Shown piece by piece: positions 6,843-15,720 of a stretch of 57,635 nt of DNA (position 1 is its first letter; every line of letters starts with the position of its first letter). The stretch is from a virus (taxonomy: Duplodnaviria; Caudoviricetes). The notes under the pieces were generated by a model. That model searched no databases. It was not told the DNA's origin and saw only the letters and a list, made by a program, of their open reading frames with translations. The stretch covers positions 1-57,635 of the IMG/VR virus record IMGVR_UViG_3300017778_008252, one strand, 5' to 3'. The translations under genes and the position numbers were made by a program.

Positions 6843-7508
6843 AGTTTTATCAACGAAAATAAACTTTACGAAGGCTATTTATCCTGGAACTCACCGGAAC
6901 TTGCACGATTTGAGAAAAAAATAATAACGCCAGAGTTAGGTGAGTTCGTTAAAGTCGTGAGAACCATTACACCTGAAAACCTTTTTTTAGATAAAAAGGC
7001 TAAATATATTGATTCTGTTTCTAATTGGAAAAATATTTATAGGTCCACAACTACTGGTGATTACGCCGATATTTCGCCAAACGGCAAAGTTATTAAAGCT
7101 GCTGTTAATTTTAACGGTGTGATGATAGATTTAATTTATATTAATTCAGCATATGATATGTGGGGCGACAAAGCACCAGTTTATATGAAAACACAATATG
7201 CAAAGGAAACTACTTCAACTTTAAGTTATTGGGAACAAGAATTTAAAGACTTCGGACCAAAAATTACAGCTAGATTAGTATATAATCCAAAATGGGACGC
7301 TAAACTTAAAAATTATAAAACAGCACTAAAAACTGGAATTCAGGAATGGAACAAACAAACAAAAAGCACACTCAACGATGATATGCTATTAAAATTAGAA
7401 AATCTATCAAAAGAATTTTTTGATCTTAGCAAATACATTACTACAAACATTATTATACTCATGGCGGAGGAGATATATAAGTATAATAAACAATATAATC
7501 TAGATTAG
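6819..7508 (+). CDS. Putative internal head protein (capsid-targeting-like leader)
   Basis: N-terminus MKHIKTFESFINENKLYE; GATATATA at 6781. Confidence 0.7.
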   Translation: MKHIKTFESFINENKLYEGYLSWNSPELARFEKKIITPELGEFVKVVRTITPENLFLDKKAKYIDSVSNWKNIYRSTTTGDYADISPNGKVIKAAVNFNGVMIDLIYINSAYDMWGDKAPVYMKTQYAKETTSTLSYWEQEFKDFGPKITARLVYNPKWDAKLKNYKTALKTGIQEWNKQTKSTLNDDMLLKLENLSKEFFDLSKYITTNIIILMAEEIYKYNKQYNLD

Positions 7509-7542
7509 ATATAATAGTCATTAATAAATATCTATTTTTTCT

Positions 7543-7581
7543 AAAAAAGTTGGCATTTTCCTTTGAGATGCCAACTTTTTT
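7543..7581 (+). terminator. Intrinsic terminator (bidirectional-type)
   Basis: aaaaaagttggcat-tttcctttgag-atgccaactttttt. Confidence 0.8.
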
Positions 7582-7592
7582 GATTATATTTG
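7562..7592 (+). promoter_or_regulatory. Bacteroidota-type promoter (putative early)
   Basis: TTTG(7562-7565)-N19-TATATTTG(7585-7592). Confidence 0.65.
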
Positions 7593-7631
7593 TATTGTAA
7601 TAAATGAATCTTAACAATCAAATCAAAAATT

Positions 7632-8015
7632 ATGAAAACTGTTAATCCCGCAATTTCTTCTGTGAAACCCAATCTCAAACTTCAAGAAACTACTGGGTTT
7701 CCATTCCTAATGTTTTACATTTCAACACAGGTCGTCAATACTCCAGTTGACTTTGAAAACCCTGGTCACATCAAACTGATTAATCTCTTAAATGACCAAG
7801 AAAAATCAATCAAACAAAAAGGTGAACTTTCACCTAGCGAAATTCAGGCCGGGAGGCGTTTGTTCAAAAAGGTTCTCAACGAATCCGTTTCTTATTCAAA
7901 ATATGATGGTGCTGATTGTAGTTTTCGTTTAGTAAACGACCCTACTTCTGAATGGCCTTACGGAAAATGCGAATGGTTCAACTCTCCATATAGTGTAATT
8001 GTTGAACTTATCTAA
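7632..8015 (+). CDS. Hypothetical protein (putative early gene)
   Basis: 127-aa ORF after a host-type promoter. Confidence 0.8.
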   Translation: MKTVNPAISSVKPNLKLQETTGFPFLMFYISTQVVNTPVDFENPGHIKLINLLNDQEKSIKQKGELSPSEIQAGRRLFKKVLNESVSYSKYDGADCSFRLVNDPTSEWPYGKCEWFNSPYSVIVELI

Positions 8016-8067
8016 AAATTCAGTTTGATATATACTACAAGATTAAAAAATAAAAAAACCAAAAAAT

Positions 8068-8397
8068 ATGTCGCACATTTTAAATTTTGAAGACTTCTTG
8101 AATGAAGGGGCCAAATTTAACCCAAAACCGTTCAACCAAGTAAAACCTGGAAACACTGCTCATGTTCTTGGCCATGACGGCGCATGGGAAGTTTTAGCAA
8201 CTGGTTATGGACGTGATTACGAATCTAAATTAAAGAAGTACGATACCTATAGGACCATTTCTGTTATGAAAAAGAATCCTGGTAACTATGGTATGGAAAA
8301 GTCTGACTTTGATGAGTTAGAATTAATTGCTGTAAAACACGGTGATATGATAAACGTTTATACTTATGATGACGGTGGCGCTTGGGTAAATAAATAA
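8068..8397 (+). CDS. Putative internal head protein (capsid-targeting-like leader)
   Basis: MSHILNFEDFLNE; GATATATA at 8027. Confidence 0.7.
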   Translation: MSHILNFEDFLNEGAKFNPKPFNQVKPGNTAHVLGHDGAWEVLATGYGRDYESKLKKYDTYRTISVMKKNPGNYGMEKSDFDELELIAVKHGDMINVYTYDDGGAWVNK

Positions 8398-8414
8398 TAA
8401 AAAAAACCAAAACT

Positions 8415-8801
8415 ATGGAACACATTTTAAATTTTGAAGATTTCTTAAATGAAGCAGACAAACCCTACAAAGATTCAAAGGGCGAAACTTTTTACAGCAA
8501 TGTAAATATACCTGGATTTGATCCAACAAGTTCAGTAAATGCAGGCAAAGAATGCGCAACATTAGCAGCACAATTAGTAAATTATTGGGAAAAAGGAAAA
8601 AAAATTGATTCTAACAAGTTTTTCATCCGAGACGAGAAATGGTTGAATCCGGATAAGCTACCCAGAGAGAATTACAGTTTTACGGTAATCTCCAGAGCAA
8701 AACCAACAAAAGACCTGCGGGTTGAAGTTGAGTTTAGAGACGGAAACTATCGTGGTGAAGTTGTAAATGAACTCTTTGTAAAAATCTATAGAGTTGGATA
8801 G
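8415..8801 (+). CDS. Putative internal head protein (capsid-targeting-like leader)
   Basis: MEHILNFEDFLNE; leader DNA nearly identical to that of 8068. Confidence 0.7.
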   Translation: MEHILNFEDFLNEADKPYKDSKGETFYSNVNIPGFDPTSSVNAGKECATLAAQLVNYWEKGKKIDSNKFFIRDEKWLNPDKLPRENYSFTVISRAKPTKDLRVEVEFRDGNYRGEVVNELFVKIYRVG

Positions 8802-8902
8802 CAGAAACTTGTTCTGCACAACAATAAAGATATACGGAACTTAGGACCGTTGTGGTTGTGAAAGCCACGAAGCCTATCTAGTGTCGCTACCGGGTAGGCT
8901 TC
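8801..8902 (+). ncRNA. Candidate structured RNA element (four adjacent hairpins)
   Basis: gcagaa/ttctgc, acgg/ccgt, gtggtt/agccac, gaagcctatct/gggtaggcttc in a GC-rich intergenic gap. Confidence 0.45.
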
Positions 8903-8975
8903 ATTATTTAAAACTTTATCTGAATTTGGTATATAAATTATGCAGTGATATATAATTTGAATCAAACTCAATTCT

Positions 8976-9179
8976 ATGGAAAACAAAAAATATTCAGATT
9001 GGGACAATGTAGTTGTCCAATTGGTAAAGGGTGAAACTTCTGTTGTTGCTATGCAAATGTACCGTCAGGATTTAGAAATCCTATCAGAAACACACGGCGA
9101 GGAAAGAGCAAAAATTATAGAGTTAATGATCCAAGCATTAGAAGAAGAATTAAGAAACAAGAATATTAATATTAATTAA
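8976..9179 (+). CDS. Hypothetical protein
   Basis: 67-aa helical ORF, first gene of the operon after the motif at 8910-8938. Confidence 0.75.
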   Translation: MENKKYSDWDNVVVQLVKGETSVVAMQMYRQDLEILSETHGEERAKIIELMIQALEEELRNKNININ

Positions 9180-9181
9180 CT

Positions 9182-9508
9182 ATGCCTTTTGTTAAAGACT
9201 TTTCATCTTTGATTGCTCGAAGTGAATTTTCTTTAGAAGTTCCAAAATGGAAGCCATTGACGATTGAATATGGTTACGAGTACATCAATGAAGTCTTAGC
9301 ATTTTATTGGAGAGTCAAAGGAACAACTCACACATTTTGGGCATTTTATCATCAAGTAGCCCAAGACGCCAACGGTAAACAAGATGAACATATTAAAACT
9401 ATTTTGGAAACTTTTCGCACCGATTACTTGGGATGGCTTTTCAGTGGTCTTACCGAGTCTTGGATGCGAGAATACCACGAGCAATACAAAAATTTTATCG
9501 AACTCTGA
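9182..9508 (+). CDS. Hypothetical protein
   Basis: 108-aa ORF tightly spaced in operon. Confidence 0.8.
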   Translation: MPFVKDFSSLIARSEFSLEVPKWKPLTIEYGYEYINEVLAFYWRVKGTTHTFWAFYHQVAQDANGKQDEHIKTILETFRTDYLGWLFSGLTESWMREYHEQYKNFIEL

Positions 9509-9521
9509 AAATCAAATTGAA

Positions 9522-9773
9522 ATGCTAGACAATTCTATTCAATCAACTGAAACTAAATGGTTTCAATGGATTAAAGGTGATAATGTCGGAAAAACTGTTG
9601 AATGGACTGGGGAATCCATATACGATGAGCACTTGGATATCAGTTTTTTAATGTTTAAAGACGGCTCACGAGTAAATGAAGATCTCGTAGGCGAATGGAT
9701 TATTGAAGTTGCATACCCCGGACAAGGGAATCCCGTTAGCGGTCAATCAGTTATTAAAAAGAGACAAGAGTAA
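9522..9773 (+). CDS. Hypothetical protein, N-terminal part of an apparently frameshifted gene
   Basis: ATG 9522 (MLDNSIQSTETKWFQWIKGD...); stops 12 nt after the AAAAAG run at 9756-9761. Confidence 0.65.
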   Translation: MLDNSIQSTETKWFQWIKGDNVGKTVEWTGESIYDEHLDISFLMFKDGSRVNEDLVGEWIIEVAYPGQGNPVSGQSVIKKRQE

Positions 9774-10105
9774 AACCTGCTCCGGCTACTGACACGCCAA
9801 CAGAAGAAGATTTTAAATCTTCTTCTCCAATTTATCAAATCCTAAAAGACAGTAAAAAAACTAAGGTAACGATAAATATATCTTTATTAGTTGAAACGCC
9901 ACCTGCTAATCTAATGTCGGTGTTAGCTGAAACCTATCAAGATGGAGAAAATCAAGTCTTAGATTACATTTCAAAGTCAATAAACATTAATGACTTAAAA
10001 GGACAAATTGCTCGACAGATTTGGTTGTCAGCATTTGAGCCAGATCGTAAAATTACACAACAAAAGAAAACAAGAAGAAATGGAAATGAATCAACCGAAG
10101 ACTGA
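9758..10105 (+). CDS. Hypothetical protein, C-terminal part of an apparently frameshifted gene
   Basis: Frame of ORF 9914 is open and protein-like from 9758 (KETRVKPAPATDTPTEEDFKSSSPIYQILKDSKK...) with no ATG until 9914. Confidence 0.6.
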   Translation, partial: KETRVKPAPATDTPTEEDFKSSSPIYQILKDSKKTKVTINISLLVETPPANLMSVLAETYQDGENQVLDYISKSININDLKGQIARQIWLSAFEPDRKITQQKKTRRNGNESTED

Positions 10106-10658
10106 AATATTGTTTGACCACCCTGCATTTTCTGTGGTTAACATTGATGGAACGGTCGGCGTAACAATGAAAAAAATATCCGTTGCAGTTTTGCCTTATA
10201 AAACTGATGGCAACGGAATGGTTAAGGAAATTGGAATCCTCAAAGAATGGAATCCGCTTCGCCCCGGAAACTATTGTGAAACATTAATTACCGGAACGAT
10301 TGAATATGAAGACGACAGTTTGTTATATACAGCGAGAAGGGAACTTAAAGAAGAAGGAGGATATAATCTTAAAGAAGAAGATAATGACCGTTGGTTGTTT
10401 TTAGGCGGTATTTTTCCGTACAAAGATAGCGACCGTTTGGTTCCGGTTTTTGCTTGTGATATTACACAATTAGAGCAAACCGAAGCAGAAGGTGACGGTT
10501 CAACTCAAGAAGAAAAAAGTAAACTAATTATGACAGATATAAGTAAAGGAATTGCATCGGATGATGGCTTATTACTTTCTGCATTCTTACGACTATTTAA
10601 TTATATGTACGCAAAAACCATAGACAATGTACAACAGAAAACAAAGAAGAAAAATTGA
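10080..10658 (+). CDS. Nudix hydrolase
   Basis: Nudix box GTIEYEDDSLLYTARRELKEEGGY; ATG 10080 preferred. Confidence 0.85.
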   Translation: MEMNQPKTEILFDHPAFSVVNIDGTVGVTMKKISVAVLPYKTDGNGMVKEIGILKEWNPLRPGNYCETLITGTIEYEDDSLLYTARRELKEEGGYNLKEEDNDRWLFLGGIFPYKDSDRLVPVFACDITQLEQTEAEGDGSTQEEKSKLIMTDISKGIASDDGLLLSAFLRLFNYMYAKTIDNVQQKTKKKN

Positions 10659-10938
10659 AAAAGAATTAGGTCTACTTGACAACCTTAAAAAAATGTCACC
10701 CGCTGAACGAAAAGAAGTACAAAAAAGAAAGAGAGAAATGGGTCGTGAAATCCATTTAAGAAACACTCAAGAACGCTATAACGCCTTAGAACAATCTGCT
10801 GCTGAAAATTCTGCTAAACTCCTTCAAAATCTAATTGCATCCGGGATGTCTGAAGAGAATGCCCAAAAAGAGCTTGCTACAATACAAGCAAAACACGAAG
10901 AGCGAGAGGCAAGGATTGCCCAGAAAAAAAACAGATAA
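10627..10938 (+). CDS. Hypothetical basic coiled-coil protein
   Basis: 103 aa, MYNRKQRRKIEKELG. Confidence 0.8.
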   Translation: MYNRKQRRKIEKELGLLDNLKKMSPAERKEVQKRKREMGREIHLRNTQERYNALEQSAAENSAKLLQNLIASGMSEENAQKELATIQAKHEEREARIAQKKNR

Positions 10939-10941
10939 GAT

Positions 10942-11394
10942 GTGAACTTATATATTACATTTGATAACAAAGACAAAGTAAAAAAGGCGTTTTTAAATCT
11001 TAGAAAGTACATTTTACTTTCAATTGATGAAATAATTGAAAAATTAGGCTATAATCCAAATTCCCTGGATGATTGTGCAAAATTTTTGGTTAATCGAGAA
11101 ATTCAAACTCAAATCAAAAAAGGCGCGACTCGGAAAAAAGCTTATGGCCTAATCTATTCAAATCCAGATTTGGATGACCTAAAAATCCGAGAGCTCATCT
11201 ATTTCTGCTCGGAGATTGATGCAATCAGTGATGTCTATTTCCTAACAGAAAAAGGAAAAAAGGAAGACTATTATGAACTTTTTGACGGTGTTATATTTTA
11301 CCCAATTCTAAGAAAAGTTCATATCATTGACTGCAAAGCATACCCTGCTGAGATTGCATTAGATGAGATTAATCGGAATTATTTCTTCGACTAA
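10942..11394 (+). CDS. Hypothetical protein
   Basis: 150-aa ORF, GTG start, in operon. Confidence 0.8.
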   Translation: MNLYITFDNKDKVKKAFLNLRKYILLSIDEIIEKLGYNPNSLDDCAKFLVNREIQTQIKKGATRKKAYGLIYSNPDLDDLKIRELIYFCSEIDAISDVYFLTEKGKKEDYYELFDGVIFYPILRKVHIIDCKAYPAEIALDEINRNYFFD

Positions 11395-12432
11395 ACCAAA
11401 TTGATTTAGTCTTTCTCGAATTAGTTCTAATTCTTCGATGAGTGCATATCTTTTTCTTTCAGTGATAAACTGATAAAAGCCTTGTACCAATGGAGCAAGT
11501 GGGATTACATAGTATTTATTATCAGAAACACAATGAACTGTGCCAACAGGTAAAAATGTGTATGTTGGATTCAGATAAGAATCGTATTTAATACTTAAGA
11601 CACACCCAGAATTATTATCATATCCTTCGCCATCCATTAAGGAGAAAAAGTTGCCCAATGACCAAACAACTAATTTATTTCCTTTTTGCATTCCTCCCTG
11701 GAAATAATGTGGATGGCCGCCTATAACTATATCCGGGCCAAGATCACTTATTCGCTCAAGTTCTCGTCGCTGTCCGGGTGTGGAGTCTCGGGAGAGCTCT
11801 CGGACTGTCCCATTGCGTTTTTGATTTGCGAGATGGAGCCCAGCAATGAGGACATCGGATCCCTTTTTCGCAAGATTAATTTCTTTTTTAATACCGGATT
11901 CTTCGTAAAAGGAGATGACTCCTTTTGAGTCGGCGGTATCAGCAGACTCTTTGAGAACATTGCTTTCGGATTGATTGATTTTTTTCTGCCCATTGATAAA
12001 TTGTGTATGATTTATAAAAGATAAACTAAAGTCATTAACAGTAATACCCTTATAGTAAGGTTTTTTGTTTAATTTATGTAATCCTATTTGGTCAATTTTA
12101 TGGTGTTCTAGTGTGTCTACAGTACGATAGACGCCATCAACACCCCAATCGAATGAATGATTGTTTGCAGTAAAAAGAAAGTCAACATGGTTGCTTAAGT
12201 ACTCTGCAAAATAATCACCACTTGAAAACTTTGGATAATTTGAAGTAAGACCAGAAAATGTAGTTTCCAATTGCCCGACCACATAGTTATGAGTTTTCAA
12301 AAATGGCGAGATGTACTTAAACGGGTCGCCATTGACTATGGAATTGACTGCGCCTCTTTCGCACATCAACTCACCTAAGACAGCTATTTTTACAGTTCGG
12401 CTGTCGAACTCTGAAAAGGTTGGTAGTCTCAT
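11359..12432 (-). CDS. CapA/PgsA-family metallophosphoesterase-like protein
   Basis: LGELM, GQLET, ANNHSFDWG, GGHPH, SLGNF motifs; N-terminus MRLPTFSEF. Confidence 0.85.
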   Translation of the reverse strand: MRLPTFSEFDSRTVKIAVLGELMCERGAVNSIVNGDPFKYISPFLKTHNYVVGQLETTFSGLTSNYPKFSSGDYFAEYLSNHVDFLFTANNHSFDWGVDGVYRTVDTLEHHKIDQIGLHKLNKKPYYKGITVNDFSLSFINHTQFINGQKKINQSESNVLKESADTADSKGVISFYEESGIKKEINLAKKGSDVLIAGLHLANQKRNGTVRELSRDSTPGQRRELERISDLGPDIVIGGHPHYFQGGMQKGNKLVVWSLGNFFSLMDGEGYDNNSGCVLSIKYDSYLNPTYTFLPVGTVHCVSDNKYYVIPLAPLVQGFYQFITERKRYALIEELELIRERLNQFGLVEEIIPINLI

Positions 12433-12746
12433 TTTTTATCAAATAGAAGTTTATCAGTTGATTTTTTCACTGGTGGAATCATTTCTGCTGATTTGGGCTG
12501 CGGTTCTTTATCTCCGGTACCTTTTTTATTTGATTTGTAATAACCAAGTATTGCTTCAATATTATGCTCAGCAATTGTAATTTTGTCTTGAATCCAAGCT
12601 TCTAAATCTTCACCATCTGAAATTACCTGCATTAATTTTGCAATATTGTCAGCGGTATTTTGAAGCTTTTCAAGATACATTGCACCTTCTGCTTCTTCTT
12701 TGAGATTTCTACTTTCGAAATCTGAAAATTTTAAAACGTTTTTCAT
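12429..12746 (-). CDS. Hypothetical protein, possibly head-associated
   Basis: MKNVLKFSDF..LKEE leader; DLEAWIQDKITIAE motif. Confidence 0.75.
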   Translation of the reverse strand: MKNVLKFSDFESRNLKEEAEGAMYLEKLQNTADNIAKLMQVISDGEDLEAWIQDKITIAEHNIEAILGYYKSNKKGTGDKEPQPKSAEMIPPVKKSTDKLLFDKK

Positions 12747-12791
12747 TTTTTTATTGAATTATTTTTTGAAATAAGGTCATTGACCAGTCAT

Positions 12792-12806
12792 TTGATATAT
12801 ATATTT
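12792..12806. promoter_or_regulatory. Putative bidirectional late promoter
   Basis: TTGATATATATATTT between divergent genes: GATATATA on +, AATATATA on -. Confidence 0.5.
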
Positions 12807-12823
12807 AAAATAGATTTTTTAAT

Positions 12824-15091
12824 ATGGCAATAAATGTCCCAACAGGTGAGCTTGCAGAAAAAGCAGCAGATGCGGGTTTTAGTTTCAATAATCCCAATCA
12901 AGCAACTGAGCCCGGAAACCCGCAAGGTGGAGCGGTGAATCCGCCATATAAAGTAGCAATTATTATTGAAACTCCAATATTGATTACTTATCAGGATATC
13001 ACATTTGCGGGTCCAAGTGGAGTCCCGCAAGTATTTCCAGGAAGCCGTGCGGAATTCGAAACGGCACAAGGCGGAGCACAATTTGTATTCCCTCCAAGGG
13101 GTGCTACAAATAGTGAACTCAATCCAAATGGAAATACAAATACACAGACAGTAAACAATAATTCAGATATACAGGATGAAACACAAACGTTTGACAAAAG
13201 ATTAATTTTTATTACTAATACGAGTGATAACCCTAATGATATTCGAGTTGTTTATTCTTATTCTGCGGACCCTCGAGATATTGCTCCACTTGTTGATGGA
13301 TTTGTACTCAGTGAAAGTGGGATAGGCGGACCGAAGGACGGTGGAACCAAAGATGGGGAATCAAAAATAGTAAACATTCAAGATAAAAAATTATCGCAAA
13401 CTGATTATTGGAATGGTGTCGGTCTAAGCTCTTTTCGAGGTGTTCCTTCGATGATGTCTGAAAACTCTTATATTAATTTTATCGCAAGTGGTGGTTCTGA
13501 TGCTGAAAGTGATTCATTAAAAACATTAGTCGACCGTGAAGGACAAAAAAGATGGTATGACAACACAGCACAGTTTGACAAAATCCAAGATGACAACACA
13601 CCAATAAGTACAACTCAAGAATTAACCGTAAACGATTTAATTACTTGGTCACAAAAAGATGATAATAAAAAGTTTCCATACCGATATCAAGATTTTGTTT
13701 TTTGTAAGTGGTTTAAAAAGATACCTCTCAATTACATGGTAACGCTTCGTAGATATACAAGGCCCGTAATTGATAATGTTACATCTGGAGCAGATCAAAA
13801 TTATAAAAACACTGGAAAGGGTGATAAATTATCTTCGGTTACTCATGCTGTTACTTTTTTGGGAGAAGACACTGGGAATAAAATTTCTTCAATACTTGGC
13901 CCAATTGAAGCTAAATTAAAATGGAAAGAACTCAAAGCTGATGTCTGGAAAATAGAGCCAAACGGTTCGCCTGCAGATGCAAGTTCCCCTTATCCAAATT
14001 TCGCACGAGGACTTGGCCTTGTCACTCAAGGCGTTGAAGGCGCAAAAGATAAACCTGAGCCAGTTACGCCACCAGACCCATACAACAACGGACCGTATGC
14101 TAATAAAATAATTGGGCCTGTAACCGTAATTGATTCTACATTAGGTCGTGAAAGAGGTATTGAATTTACTCATAGTATCAGTTTACAATTTGAATATGTA
14201 GCAAGAAGTATTGGAGGTGTTAACAGTAAAGCAGTAATGTTAGATATTCTTGGAAACTTAATGATTTTAACTTTTAACACAGCTGCGTTTTGGGGTGGTG
14301 AAAATCGTATGATGCCTAATGCTGATCACGGTAATTTATCTCCATTCTTAGGTGGAGACGCCGGAAAACAAGCTTGGATTGAAGGAAATCCAGCAAAATT
14401 CTTTGATGCTGTTATGACGCAATTTTCTGCCGCGGGAAGTAATTTATCTGACTTATTTAACGAAGTAATGGACAATCCGATTGAAGGACTAAAAAAAGTA
14501 GCAGCTGGTGCAGCGTCTGACTATATGAAATTTAACTCAACTCGAGCTAAAGCTAGTACCCACCAACTCCGCTCCATTCTCACAGGAGATCCTGTTGGCG
14601 AGTGGCACATTACTGTTGGCAATCCAATGAACCCAATAATGATGGTTGGCAATTTAGTTTGCGATGGAATTAAAATTGAGTTTAATGACGAACTTGGCCC
14701 CGATGATTTTCCAACTGAAATTAAAGCAACTGTTACATTAAAACATGGAATGCCAAGAGATAAAACTGCGATTGAATCAATGTTCAATAAAGGTTCTGGA
14801 CGTTTATATTCAGTTCCGCCCGGATTACAAAGCGGCCTAGATATAGAATCGTCTTCAACTAACCAAACACCAGTAGATGAAAGTTCTAAAGAAAAGAAAC
14901 AAAATTCTCAAAAAACAGGAGGGGGTTCCAGTCAAAATCCTTTACTCGGAGACCCAGCGCAAATTGACCAAATTGCAAGTAGCGCAGCAAAGGCATTAGC
15001 ACCTGTCAAAAATGCCGCAATTGCAATATATAACAACGGATTTGCGAAGGGTGAAGGTGATAAAAGTAAAGGAACAAAAACAAAGTCCTAA
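12824..15091 (+). CDS. Virion structural protein, possibly baseplate/tail-tube junction (gp48-like C-terminal region)
   Basis: 755 aa; first gene of the baseplate operon; C-terminal SLQFEY...NLVCDGIKIEF...FPTEIKATVTLK resembles tube-fold proteins. Confidence 0.55.
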   Translation: MAINVPTGELAEKAADAGFSFNNPNQATEPGNPQGGAVNPPYKVAIIIETPILITYQDITFAGPSGVPQVFPGSRAEFETAQGGAQFVFPPRGATNSELNPNGNTNTQTVNNNSDIQDETQTFDKRLIFITNTSDNPNDIRVVYSYSADPRDIAPLVDGFVLSESGIGGPKDGGTKDGESKIVNIQDKKLSQTDYWNGVGLSSFRGVPSMMSENSYINFIASGGSDAESDSLKTLVDREGQKRWYDNTAQFDKIQDDNTPISTTQELTVNDLITWSQKDDNKKFPYRYQDFVFCKWFKKIPLNYMVTLRRYTRPVIDNVTSGADQNYKNTGKGDKLSSVTHAVTFLGEDTGNKISSILGPIEAKLKWKELKADVWKIEPNGSPADASSPYPNFARGLGLVTQGVEGAKDKPEPVTPPDPYNNGPYANKIIGPVTVIDSTLGRERGIEFTHSISLQFEYVARSIGGVNSKAVMLDILGNLMILTFNTAAFWGGENRMMPNADHGNLSPFLGGDAGKQAWIEGNPAKFFDAVMTQFSAAGSNLSDLFNEVMDNPIEGLKKVAAGAASDYMKFNSTRAKASTHQLRSILTGDPVGEWHITVGNPMNPIMMVGNLVCDGIKIEFNDELGPDDFPTEIKATVTLKHGMPRDKTAIESMFNKGSGRLYSVPPGLQSGLDIESSSTNQTPVDESSKEKKQNSQKTGGGSSQNPLLGDPAQIDQIASSAAKALAPVKNAAIAIYNNGFAKGEGDKSKGTKTKS

Positions 15092-15108
15092 TAAAAAATA
15101 TTTAAACT

Positions 15109-15720
15109 ATGCCATTTAAGTTCATATCAACACAAGAAACTAAAAAACGCATCACTGATAAAAAAGGTAATGATTATATTGATTTTTTAGAAAAAGATAT
15201 TAATTACACGCCGGGTGAATTTGGTCCAATTGCAATAAATTATTATTTTGTTCCAGATTCAAATGTTATGCGGCCGGATTTAGTAACAATGGATATGTAT
15301 GTAGTAGTTGATGACTACATGGAAATGTTATTAAAATTTAATGGGATTAGTAATCCTTTAGCAATTGATAAAGATGATATTTTTGTAATGTATGAGCCGT
15401 ATAGTGCATCAAAAAATATGAGAAACAGCGGTACTAACCTGGAAGCAAAAAATGATGTTAGAGAGCAATACTTATCGCCAGAGAAGAAATCAAAAATTGA
15501 CCCAAAACTAAAAGAATTCGAAAAGAGAAATAAACAAAGTATTAAAGTTGAAAGTACAAATCTACCGCCCAATTATGCAGCATTCGGCGATAAAGAAATT
15601 GAAATCAAAGGCGGGAAGATTTATTTTGGTCCTAATGTTTCAAAAAGTATTACAGAAGTTGGAGATTCAATTAGTAAAAGTGATTTTATTGCTCGTTTAG
15701 TAAAAAATGGTAAAAAGTAA
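15109..15720 (+). CDS. Baseplate wedge protein, T4 gp53/LysM-like
   Basis: MRPDLVT.DMY...LLKFNGISNPLAI motif. Confidence 0.65.
   Translation: MPFKFISTQETKKRITDKKGNDYIDFLEKDINYTPGEFGPIAINYYFVPDSNVMRPDLVTMDMYVVVDDYMEMLLKFNGISNPLAIDKDDIFVMYEPYSASKNMRNSGTNLEAKNDVREQYLSPEKKSKIDPKLKEFEKRNKQSIKVESTNLPPNYAAFGDKEIEIKGGKIYFGPNVSKSITEVGDSISKSDFIARLVKNGKK

Noticed and set aside
7472-7479. GATATATA copy inside the 3' end of ORF 6819
   Set aside because: Coding position, followed by a terminator before any gene start; probably chance in AT-rich DNA
9182-9508. MPFVKDFSSL start as another capsid-targeting leader
   Set aside because: Lacks the second Phe and the [IL]xE cleavage site, and lies in an operon without the GATATATA promoter
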